DNA of 64,000 nt. It comes from an uncultured Oscillospiraceae bacterium. Lineage in GTDB: Bacteria > Bacillota > Clostridia > Acetivibrionales > DTU013. Where the stretch lies: contig CAZBEQ010000012.1 in assembly GCA_964490975.1 (NCBI GenBank), positions 1,559 through 65,558 of the forward strand. Reading direction: 5' to 3'. Of the stretch, positions 54,790 through 62,961 are shown in pieces (the stretch's first letter is position 1; the number at the start of each line of letters is the position of its first letter). The notes under the pieces were generated by a model. The model made no database searches, was not told where the DNA came from, and saw nothing but the letters and a program-made list of their open reading frames with translations. Both the position numbers and the translations under genes were made by a program.

Positions 54790-56100
54790 CTATCTGAGGA
54801 GAGGGGAGTAATGCCTCTCCATTTTTCCTGTTGCAAGGACCTCCATGATCTTGCTTGCGCCGAGTTTTCTTGCATAAAGGAAGCCATCCCAGGCTGCAAG
54901 CGAGAGCTTGCCATCTACAAGGTAATCGGTGATCCATTCACTACAGTACTGAGGATCAGACTGGTGAAGACCGGCGCCGAGATCACGCAGCCAGCGCTGA
55001 TTGTAGACTTCGTGAGGACCTATTGGCGGGGCGATTATGATCGGTATCCCAAGGCCGCAGTAGAAGGAAAGCTCTGATGGTTTGGTCCACAAAATGTCGG
55101 TATCTCTCATAATTTCATTGAACTGCCGGAAGTATTCGTTTTTATCCTTATTAAAAATTATCCGGATTCCATCTGACATAGCTAATCCATATTTCTGTAT
55201 AAGCTTTTCGAAATAGTCATTAACTTCCTGCCTGTGAGCAGCGATAAGATTCAAGCGGATCTTGCCTTCTTTGATCATGTTTGACAGACTTTTCACGGCA
55301 CTGCCCGCGATCTCAGCCTGAGCTCCGGCTCCGCCGACTGCATATGTCAATGTTATAGGGCCTGCTTCTTCGTTAGGATCCCAATCGTCACCAAGATAGT
55401 ATCTGACCTCTTCGCCGTGGATTACTCTGAAACGCTTTGTGGGATCGAGCCGGATCAATCTTTTTGCCAGATCCCTTCGCAGTATGCCCATATTTTTTCC
55501 TATATTCTCCTGTGGTAGAGGAAAGCCGGTCAGAAAGATCCTTTCATCCGGTACGCCATATTCCTTCAGACGCCGCATAGCGTTGCCGCAGGGGGCAAAA
55601 TATACGATCCTGCTCTCATGTGATCTTTCTGCTACCCAAACTCGGTTTATATCAGCATCACAAATAATACAGTAGACAGGAAGGTCAGTAAGCTCTTCCG
55701 CTGCTATTGCCGCAGCATAGAACGATGTAACAACAGGCAGCCGCTGGGTGTCGAGCTTCAGGCTCATTCCCTTTCCCATACCGCGGTCGATAAGCGTATA
55801 AAGTGATTTTACCTGCAGGGACGGTCCTGATTGATCGCGTCTGGGATAATAAGGCGAAATATTCTGGAGCTTTTCAAGGAAACTGAATAAATATGAACCG
55901 ATGAGAGGAAGCCTTCTGATTCTTGATAAGGACTCATAGGAGTTCTGGAATATTTTCCATTGCCTCTTCTCCTTTTTTTGACACATTTCATCTTCGCCGA
56001 ATAGCTGAACACCGCCATAGGCCAGATCCCTCAAAGGATATGTTGCTCTCTGATGGCCCAAGCCCATATTCGCAGATATGATCCATGCACTGTTTTCCAT
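54790..56100 (-). CDS. GT-B-fold glycosyltransferase-like protein (MGDG-synthase/MurG-like N-terminus)
   Basis: Start re-set to the ATG at 56100 (GGAGG RBS). 436 aa. N-terminal IISANMGLGHQRA resembles the G-x-GH motif of GT28-type lipid glycosyltransferases. The functional call is tentative. Confidence 0.45.
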   Translation of the reverse strand: MENSAWIISANMGLGHQRATYPLRDLAYGGVQLFGEDEMCQKKEKRQWKIFQNSYESLSRIRRLPLIGSYLFSFLEKLQNISPYYPRRDQSGPSLQVKSLYTLIDRGMGKGMSLKLDTQRLPVVTSFYAAAIAAEELTDLPVYCIICDADINRVWVAERSHESRIVYFAPCGNAMRRLKEYGVPDERIFLTGFPLPQENIGKNMGILRRDLAKRLIRLDPTKRFRVIHGEEVRYYLGDDWDPNEEAGPITLTYAVGGAGAQAEIAGSAVKSLSNMIKEGKIRLNLIAAHRQEVNDYFEKLIQKYGLAMSDGIRIIFNKDKNEYFRQFNEIMRDTDILWTKPSELSFYCGLGIPIIIAPPIGPHEVYNQRWLRDLGAGLHQSDPQYCSEWITDYLVDGKLSLAAWDGFLYARKLGASKIMEVLATGKMERHYSPLLR

Positions 56101-56198
56101 ACGCCGCCTCCAGTAACAAAGGTTATGTAAGCATATAAATATTTTAGCAGATATTGACGGAGTATGAAAGATAAATACTGAAATGATGCAAGCTTGAT

Positions 56199-56234
56199 AA
56201 AAACAAAAAGAGATAAGCAACTAAGCCTATCTCT
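56199..56234 (-). terminator. Terminator downstream of the PspC-domain gene
   Basis: On the minus strand, AGAGATA...TATCTCT (plus 56209-56215 / 56228-56234) is followed by TTTTTGTTTTT. Confidence 0.7.
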
Positions 56235-56242
56235 CGACTAAC

Positions 56243-56311
56243 GTTATAACACTTCGGTTCAAAGAAAACTTTTCGAGAAGTGGGGGACATTTTTGACGCC
56301 TCGTTATAAAC
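56243..56311 (+). repeat. Dispersed intergenic repeat, copy D (both modules)
   Basis: GTTATAACACTTCGGTTCAAAGAAAACT (56243-56270) matches the reverse complement of 62837-62864, with 25 of the first 26 nt identical. GTGGGGGACATTTTTGACGCCTCGTTATAAAC (56280-56311) matches the reverse complement of 62857-62885. Confidence 0.75.
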
Positions 56312-56317
56312 AGTTTT

Positions 56318-56524
56318 TTACCAATTGTTATATTTGCAGCTGCTGCGTCTGGGTATCACTATCCAGGCTATGAAATATGCAAGTAGTCCGACCCCTTCCA
56401 GGAAAATCGAAAGGAACCAGAGCAGCCTGACGATCGTAGGGTCTATTCCAAAGTATTCTCCAATACCTCCGCATACGCCACCAATTTTTCTATTGGAATC
56501 AGATAAGTAAATTCTTCTATCCAT
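56318..56524 (-). CDS. PspC-domain small membrane protein
   Basis: Start at the ATG at 56524 (AAGGAG RBS 8 nt upstream). MDRRIYLSDSNRKIGGVCGGIGEYFGIDPTIVRLLW.. is the canonical PspC domain. Confidence 0.8.
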   Translation of the reverse strand: MDRRIYLSDSNRKIGGVCGGIGEYFGIDPTIVRLLWFLSIFLEGVGLLAYFIAWIVIPRRSSCKYNNW

Positions 56525-56629
56525 ATCATACACTCCTTTTACAAATGATCTCTTTCAGCAATTTATGTTTTACATTAAATCATACGTATTGAAGGTGTAC
56601 GTGTCTGATTTTATTTTCGCATTTTTATG

Positions 56630-57301
56630 TCAAGTTCTGATGAGGTCAGAAATCTTATTTTTCAGGATCATATCGGCAAAGCCTCCCGGCTTGATCCGTT
56701 CCTGGACTATGATACCGCCTCTTGTCTCATCACCATATCTGTGAAAGTCTGAACCGGACAGCATTTTCAGTTTGTTGTCCCGGGCAAATTCAAGGGCTAG
56801 ATGGTTTGCTGAATCATGCCTCGGATTGCCATTATACACTTCGACTCCGTCAATGAGCTCAGGTGCGGCAGTTACCATGTTTGCCCGGAAGGGGTGAGCC
56901 TGGACGATCACGATGCCGTTGCCTGCGGTTAGCTTCCGAAAGTTCTTCAGTCCGAGCTTGTATAGCTTTTTGTTCGCTTTGAGGAATTCCTCGTCAAAGC
57001 CATATATCAGATAGTCATTTGGATTCTCATCAAAACGCAGTTCCATACCAAGATGGATGTCCACACCGAGTTTTTGTCCCTCTTCAAGCGCACAATGATA
57101 GCCTTCCAGATAAAAGCCGATTTTTCTCTCCCATTTGCTCAATGGATACATATCAAAGAATCGCCTGGAATAATGGTCGGTTACAACAATACCTGTATAC
57201 CCAGCTTCATGGTAAAGCCTTACTGCCGCGGCCGCAGGCACTTTCCCGCAGGGACTGGTTTCATTGGTGTGAAAATGTGTTTCGTATTTATATATATCCA
57301 T
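56630..57301 (-). CDS. PHP-domain metal-dependent phosphoesterase
   Basis: About 223 aa. N-terminal ETHFHTNETSPCG and later VVTDH, QAHPFR and SGSDFH motifs. The start is uncertain (ATG at 57301 or GTG at 57310). Confidence 0.75.
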   Translation of the reverse strand: MDIYKYETHFHTNETSPCGKVPAAAAVRLYHEAGYTGIVVTDHYSRRFFDMYPLSKWERKIGFYLEGYHCALEEGQKLGVDIHLGMELRFDENPNDYLIYGFDEEFLKANKKLYKLGLKNFRKLTAGNGIVIVQAHPFRANMVTAAPELIDGVEVYNGNPRHDSANHLALEFARDNKLKMLSGSDFHRYGDETRGGIIVQERIKPGGFADMILKNKISDLIRT

Positions 57302-57441
57302 AAAGTCCACTCTTAAGGCAAGTTTTTTCTGATTATAGCATATTTTTATTTAAATGTATTTATCGGGATGAATATTATTATATAATATTTATTGGGAATG
57401 GCATGGAAAGTTAAGGCAAATTGGTAAGGGAGGACTTTTGT

Positions 57442-58638
57442 ATGATCAGGGAGGGTATTTTACGTTTCATATACCAGGCTGCCAGTATGCAGCGGTGGAA
57501 TGATCATATCAGGCCGGGTAAAGGCTTTACCGAACTGGATAAGCAGGCGCATAAGCTCTTCTATGCGTATATTCTTGGAAAGCTTGAGGAGGAGACCTGC
57601 CCTGTTGACTGGATAAAGCTGATGGAAGGTGCAATATTCGAGTTCCTCCACAGGATATTGCTTACTGATATAAAACCAGCAATATTCCATATGCTTATGG
57701 AAAAGCATGGACAGCAGCTAAACAAGCTAGTGATGGACAGGCTTGCAGAGATCGGCATAAATGATATACCAAGGGGCTTCGGAAAGAGAATGGAACAGTA
57801 CCTCTTGGATCCTGAGTACAGCTTGCATGAAAAAAAGATACTCAATGCATCGCACTATATGGTGACCAACTGGGAGTTTGACATAATATATCGTATGAAC
57901 GAAGGCCTTTACGGAATTGAGGAGACAAAAAGGAATCTGCAGAAGCAGTTGGAGGAACACCAGAATATTGATGGCGTCCGTAAGCTTGTTTTCAACCAGG
58001 GAGCGTCGGATTTTCTCAACCTGATAGGACAGCTGAGGTTCCAGCAGAGATGGGCGCAGACACAGAGGATACCTGAGACCTCGGTAGCAGGTCACATGTT
58101 GATAGTGGCGTTGTTTTCATATATATTGACTCTGGAGTTCGACGCGTGCGACAAGCGGAGGTATAATAATTTCTTTGCAGGCTTGTTCCATGACCTGCCG
58201 GAGGTTTTGACAAGAGATATAATATCGCCTGTGAAAAATTCTATTGATGGTCTGGGAGAGCTGATAAAGACGATCGAGGATATGCAGATGGAAGAGATGC
58301 TGCTCCCGTTACTGCCTGAAAAATGGAGGCAGGAGATACGATATTTTACTGAGGATGAATTTACATGCAAGATAGTTCTGGATGATAAAATCATACAGGT
58401 CAGCACTGATAAAATAAATGAATACTACAATGAGGATTTGTTTTCTCCTGTGGATGGCAGTATAATAGAGTTCTGTGACAAGTTTGCCGCATATATGGAG
58501 GCATATCTGTCAATTAAGCATGGCATTTCTTCTAAAAATCTGGTTGATGGGCACAAGGATCTTTACAGCAGGTTCGCAAGGACTAATATTGCAGGCATTG
58601 ATGCAGGTGTCCTGTTTGACTATTTCCGTCTGGACTAA
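57442..58638 (+). CDS. Tandem YfbR-like HD-domain protein (degenerate N-terminal copy, intact C-terminal HD)
   Basis: Start at the ATG at 57442 (AAGGGAGGA RBS). The C-terminal half reads QRWAQTQRIPETSVAGHMLIVAL...GLFHDLPEVLTRDIISPVK and matches the YfbR 5'-deoxynucleotidase pattern. The N-terminal half, MQRWNDHIRP...ELDKQAHK...FLHRILLTDIKP, has HR in place of HD. Confidence 0.7.
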   Translation: MIREGILRFIYQAASMQRWNDHIRPGKGFTELDKQAHKLFYAYILGKLEEETCPVDWIKLMEGAIFEFLHRILLTDIKPAIFHMLMEKHGQQLNKLVMDRLAEIGINDIPRGFGKRMEQYLLDPEYSLHEKKILNASHYMVTNWEFDIIYRMNEGLYGIEETKRNLQKQLEEHQNIDGVRKLVFNQGASDFLNLIGQLRFQQRWAQTQRIPETSVAGHMLIVALFSYILTLEFDACDKRRYNNFFAGLFHDLPEVLTRDIISPVKNSIDGLGELIKTIEDMQMEEMLLPLLPEKWRQEIRYFTEDEFTCKIVLDDKIIQVSTDKINEYYNEDLFSPVDGSIIEFCDKFAAYMEAYLSIKHGISSKNLVDGHKDLYSRFARTNIAGIDAGVLFDYFRLD

Positions 58639-58675
58639 TGAAAGGGTCGGAGCTTTTGTTCTGAATGAGGATCGC

Positions 58676-59308
58676 ATGAATAAGCTTATGGGGTTTTATG
58701 AGTTGAAGAGTTTAAATATTCCTACAGTGCCGTGGAAGCTTTTCAGCACCGATACTGTGCTGGATCCTGACCTGCTGTGGACTGTAAGGGTAGCTACTAC
58801 AGCCGGAAGCGACCTCAATCTGCCCAGAGCTGTTGGAGTGGGTGCCGATGAGGCTTATTTGAAGGGCAAGGCATTTCTTAAGGAATTTGCTTATAAAGGC
58901 ATTGTTATATATTATCCCTACTTTATAGCTGAAAAGAGCGGAGTGCTGGATTTGAACAGCCAAAGGACCGTAATAGAGGCAGTTGAAAGGGATCTTTGGA
59001 ATCTTGTGACCTATGGCAGAAAAAATGTTACTGTGATAGCGCAAACCGCCCAACCGCAAAGCGCAGGTGTACAAAGCGCAGCCGGAGATCTTCAATTTTC
59101 AGGAGATGAAGCCTTTCTCCTGCCTGATGAAATAAAGGAGCTTATTAGGTATGGTGCTTTAATACGCGGCAGATATAGGGATGAAATAAATGTGGGGGGC
59201 TCGATCCTTGCCGAGTGGAGCTATGCATACAACACTGATAGAAGTCACATGCCCGTCGGGGACAGATATCTGGTTTTCTATGAACTAAGAGGGCTCCCTG
59301 TGCTTTGA
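58676..59308 (+). CDS. Hypothetical protein, weak ATP-grasp / PPDK-N-like resemblance
   Basis: Start re-set to the ATG at 58676 (GAGGA RBS). 210 aa. ..LNIPTVPW....WTVRVA...NLPRAVGV....IVIYYPYFIAEKSGVLDL....TVIEAV..DLW. It lies 38 nt after the HD gene. Confidence 0.45.
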   Translation: MNKLMGFYELKSLNIPTVPWKLFSTDTVLDPDLLWTVRVATTAGSDLNLPRAVGVGADEAYLKGKAFLKEFAYKGIVIYYPYFIAEKSGVLDLNSQRTVIEAVERDLWNLVTYGRKNVTVIAQTAQPQSAGVQSAAGDLQFSGDEAFLLPDEIKELIRYGALIRGRYRDEINVGGSILAEWSYAYNTDRSHMPVGDRYLVFYELRGLPVL

Positions 59309-60018
59309 TGTTTTTTGCCAGATGCAAAAGGCAGGTACAATAGTATGAATAATACCAGTGCCACTGCCTCAAGAGATAATATGTACCATGGCCAGGGACC
59401 GAGCAGGTCCAGCAACGAACCGTCGGGTTTCCGGCTAAGGAAGAGGTAGTTCCCGCCTGTCAGTTTATTTATCGGTATAATGATGGCAGCGTAGGCGTTT
59501 GTGATCAGGAATGTTCTGATGACTGATCTGCTGGATGGCCTGAATTTTTCAATTGCCAGTATATATACGCAGACAAACAGGATAGCCCAGTGGGATATGA
59601 AGTACTGGTAATATACAAAGTGGGGGAAGGTATAAGGGCCTATTGAGGGAGTAAGCAGTGCCTGTGTCGCGCCTCCAAATCCCCAGTAGTAAAGCAGCTC
59701 CGACAACAGCTGTTTTTTTGTCAGCAGGACTGCTATTGTCAGGAAAAGTGAAAGATCGCACAGCTGCAGCGGAAGTGTGATCTCCAGTGACCACTCGCCA
59801 GCCGCTGTATACCAAATATAAATAGAAGCCTGCTGTATAGTAATAAATGCTGTAAGTATATATCTGAATGTTTTTTTTGCTTTGTCAGCTATTATAAGTT
59901 TTCGGAAAAAAACTAATGCTAAACACAAAATAACTGTGATTATCAGTGGTATTGTGTGATGCCACGAGTAAGGCACCATATTTCCATTGCTTTCGCCAAA
60001 GATGATCCGGTTTTCCAT
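59278..60018 (-). CDS. TIGR02206/YwaF-family (TMEM164-like) membrane protein
   Basis: Start at the ATG at 60018 (GGGAGG RBS). 246 aa and polytopic. LPLQLCDLSLFL...YYWGFGGATQALLTP...PHFVYYQYFISHW. Confidence 0.7.
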   Translation of the reverse strand: MENRIIFGESNGNMVPYSWHHTIPLIITVILCLALVFFRKLIIADKAKKTFRYILTAFITIQQASIYIWYTAAGEWSLEITLPLQLCDLSLFLTIAVLLTKKQLLSELLYYWGFGGATQALLTPSIGPYTFPHFVYYQYFISHWAILFVCVYILAIEKFRPSSRSVIRTFLITNAYAAIIIPINKLTGGNYLFLSRKPDGSLLDLLGPWPWYILSLEAVALVLFILLYLPFASGKKHQSTGSPLSS

Positions 60019-60201
60019 TTTATGGCCAGCCTCCCTTTCTGATATTTCTAACATATTCCATTATATCAATAAATATGTGATGGCGACAGGTTTCAGTAAA
60101 ACGAACAGGTGAATATATTGATATTGACGTTACTATCCGTTTTCATTAGATACTAAAGTGATGGATGGTAAAAAACCCCTGACTGGTCAGTGAGGAATAG
60201 T

Positions 60202-61176
60202 ATGGACAGGAAAAATGCAGATGAGGGTACAAAGCCAAAACATATGAAGAAAAATTCAGTTAAAAAGAATCATATGTCGGAATATGTAACATCACAGCTT
60301 CCTGATGGTGCGGTGATCGACTTTATTTTTTATGAGGATTTCGATAATGATAGCCGGAAGGAGGCTGTCATTGGTATTACCAGGTTTTCTCCTTTTCCGC
60401 CGGACTCTGCTGTTCTCATAATAAAAAAGGGAAAGCGGGGAGAAATAGGTCATGTTTGGCTAACATTACAGAATGAAGGCGCGGAGTGCGATGAAGCCGG
60501 TGTGTTCGATAATGCTGCAGTTGCCGACATAGATGGTGACGGACTGCCGGAGCTTGTGATTTCCCGTGTTATAAGCCATGAACATGATATTGAGATACTG
60601 GTTGTTGACTGGATGGTACAAACCGCATATTTAGCGTGGCGCAGCGAAAGAACATTTTTTCATGGCAGCATGGAGGTGGATGACATCGATAATGATGGAA
60701 TGAGCGAAATAATAGCTGAGTGTGGCACACAGGACGGCAATGATGTATTGTCATTGGAGAATGGCTGTTATCACGTCAGGGAAAGTTATCTGTACAAATG
60801 GGATGGAACAGGGCTCTTTTCCAGACCATACAACGTGAGCATGCCATATGTCAGCTACAATATTGCTGTGGATTTCTTGAAAATGTTATGGAAGCGCGAT
60901 TTTAAACGAGCGTATGAGATGGTGATCCTACCTTCTTTTTTAGGCCTTGCCGGATTGGATGACAGCGGCGTGCAGGCATTCAAAAATTATATCGAGAAAA
61001 GAATTTACCCTGCTCTGTCACGCAACATCATTAATGGGAAACTGATTCCTGCCGAACCCTATGATACCTGCTGCCGGTTTTCAGGTGTGGAGGATGATTT
61101 TACAATAGAGCTTATAAAGACCGGAAGCACTGCAAAAGTATGCAGCCTGATAATTTCAAAGAAAAATGTTGAGTAG
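60202..61176 (+). CDS. Hypothetical protein with FG-GAP/VCBS-like Asp-rich repeats
   Basis: Start at the ATG at 60202. Repeats ADIDGDGLPELVISR and DDIDNDGMSEIIAECG suggest calcium-binding beta-propeller blades. Confidence 0.5.
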   Translation: MDRKNADEGTKPKHMKKNSVKKNHMSEYVTSQLPDGAVIDFIFYEDFDNDSRKEAVIGITRFSPFPPDSAVLIIKKGKRGEIGHVWLTLQNEGAECDEAGVFDNAAVADIDGDGLPELVISRVISHEHDIEILVVDWMVQTAYLAWRSERTFFHGSMEVDDIDNDGMSEIIAECGTQDGNDVLSLENGCYHVRESYLYKWDGTGLFSRPYNVSMPYVSYNIAVDFLKMLWKRDFKRAYEMVILPSFLGLAGLDDSGVQAFKNYIEKRIYPALSRNIINGKLIPAEPYDTCCRFSGVEDDFTIELIKTGSTAKVCSLIISKKNVE

Positions 61177-61341
61177 AATGTTATCAAATTATGGAACATT
61201 ACATGATATTTATTCGTCATATATCAAAGAATGACTTTTATTGAATACAAATCCTTGATATGATATTATGTTATTGGAATCATACATTTCATTTCATGTA
61301 TTCTTTTTAAGTGTTCTTACGGAAGATAAGGAGGTATAAAT

Positions 61342-62703
61342 ATGGGAAATACCGCAAAGATATCTTTCTCCGCAGTTACTCGCTTAGGTTCATCTTGTAC
61401 GGTAAACAACGACAGGATTTTTGCTAACGGCAGATTTTTACGTCCAAGTGTAGCAGATTATGCACAAATATCACTTGACGTTGTCGACACGAAGTTCCTT
61501 TTTTCATTATCAGGGAATATGGAAGATGATGAATCAGGCGTTTCTTTGACAAACGACTTGAAAAAATTTCAACAGAAGGCAATGTCAAGTTCGAAGGATA
61601 TCCATATCAAGCTCGATGAGTTGGTACAGTGTGTTGAACAGTCAAGTAATCTGATACATAGCCTTTCACTTGGAGAGAACGATTTCGGAAACAGGAAGCC
61701 TTCCTTTGCAGGTATCCTGGTCGATCAGGGCAATATTGCCGCTGTCAATCTTGGCAGCTACAGAATATATAAACTGGAAGGCGATACCTTCAAGCTGCTT
61801 GTCAATGACTATAAGAGAGCGGAAAGACTGCTCAAAATGGGTATCTTGAACAATGAACAGGCAGAGATGCTGTCCAGTCAGCAAAAAGTATCGGTTGATG
61901 AAGGCAGGTCTACTGTCAAAAAGTCAGATGTAAATACGGTAAAGCCGGGCATTACATACCTGATATGCAGTACAGGACTCACAAATTCTGTGAATGAGGA
62001 TCAGATGTATGATATACTTGCTGAGAATCCTGAACCGGATGCAGCTGCAGGTGAGCTTATCGCAGAAGCTGCCAGGAATGGAGCTGAAGAAGATGCGAGT
62101 GCGGTAGTGATCAAAATCCTGGAAGTCGGTGATCAACAGATCCAGACTCCCGGTCCCAGGACAGTCCAGACCAGGTCAGCCTCTGGAAAAGCTGTACATA
62201 GATATTCGTCGAATTCTGCAACAAAGCGGGATAGATCCATTGATATTGGGAAGATAGTATCGCTGGTGGTGCTTTTATTCCTTGCGGCAGCTGTTTTGTT
62301 CGGTGGTTACAAGCTGTGGACCATGGTTAGGCCTCAGGCGCAGCAGGTATCATCCGGACAGGAGGACACAGATACTGTTGATAATGGAAATGACATCGCA
62401 GATCCTTCTTCATCTGTAAGCGAAAATACTGAGGATGCCGTTAAGCCTGAAGACAGCGCCCCATCAGCCGATGAACAGAACAATAGTGAAACCGCTCCGG
62501 ATACAACTCCGGATGAAACGACGGATGTTGTTGGGACAGAAGGTACGACATACACGGTCAAATCGGGCGATATGCTGATGGTTATAGCAAAAAAATTCTA
62601 TGGGGACGAAAATAAGTACAAGCTCATAATGGATGCTAATGGAATCACAGATCCAAATAAGATTGCTGTTGGACAGACATTGAAAATACCGCCTGTGGAA
62701 TAA
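61342..62703 (+). CDS. Degenerate PP2C-like domain, TM helix, low-complexity linker and LysM domain protein
   Basis: 453 aa with an AAGGAGG RBS. The PP2C-like architecture has metal-binding positions substituted. The TM helix is IVSLVVLLFLAAAVLFGGY. C-terminal LysM: YTVKSGDMLMVIAKKFYGDENKYKLIMDANGITDPNKIAVGQTLKIP. Confidence 0.7.
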   Translation: MGNTAKISFSAVTRLGSSCTVNNDRIFANGRFLRPSVADYAQISLDVVDTKFLFSLSGNMEDDESGVSLTNDLKKFQQKAMSSSKDIHIKLDELVQCVEQSSNLIHSLSLGENDFGNRKPSFAGILVDQGNIAAVNLGSYRIYKLEGDTFKLLVNDYKRAERLLKMGILNNEQAEMLSSQQKVSVDEGRSTVKKSDVNTVKPGITYLICSTGLTNSVNEDQMYDILAENPEPDAAAGELIAEAARNGAEEDASAVVIKILEVGDQQIQTPGPRTVQTRSASGKAVHRYSSNSATKRDRSIDIGKIVSLVVLLFLAAAVLFGGYKLWTMVRPQAQQVSSGQEDTDTVDNGNDIADPSSSVSENTEDAVKPEDSAPSADEQNNSETAPDTTPDETTDVVGTEGTTYTVKSGDMLMVIAKKFYGDENKYKLIMDANGITDPNKIAVGQTLKIPPVE

Positions 62704-62733
62704 GTACTAAAGAATTATTTCTAGTAAGGATGG

Positions 62734-62773
62734 AAAGGTTGCGTTGCAATAGGCTGCGCAGCCTTTATTTTTT
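62734..62773 (+). terminator. Rho-independent terminator after the LysM gene
   Basis: AAAGGTTGCG (62734-62743) pairs with CGCAGCCTTT (62757-62766; one G-U), followed by ATTTTTT. Confidence 0.7.
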
Positions 62774-62836
62774 ATGCGCCACTCATTAATACTTCTGCTA
62801 AGTGTAATTTGCGAAGCAAATTATAGCGTAACGAAA

Positions 62837-62885
62837 GATTTTCTTTGAAACGAAGTGTTATAACGAGGCGATAGATATCCCCCAC
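62837..62885 (-). repeat. Dispersed intergenic repeat, copy C (both modules, inverted orientation)
   Basis: The reverse complement reads GTGGGGGATATCTATCGCCTCGTTATAACACTTCGTTTCAAAGAAAATC. It forms an imperfect inverted pair with copy B, 33 nt away. Confidence 0.75.
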
Positions 62886-62918
62886 TTTTATAAGTGGCTG
62901 GTACCGATTTGCCTTTAA

Positions 62919-62961
62919 GGGGGCGGATATATCTCCCGCATCGTTGAAACACTGCTATAGC
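62919..62961 (+). repeat. Dispersed intergenic repeat, copy B
   Basis: GGGGGCGGATATATCTCCCGCATCGTTGAAAC followed by ACTGCTATAGC. It aligns with copy A (52281-52314). Confidence 0.75.

Noticed and set aside
62857-62950. The repeat copies end in GTTGAAAC, resembling the 3' handle of type I/III CRISPR repeats, with ~30-nt spacing.
   Set aside because: Only two units are present, in inverted rather than direct orientation. There is no regular array and no cas genes in the window. The other copies are solitary.
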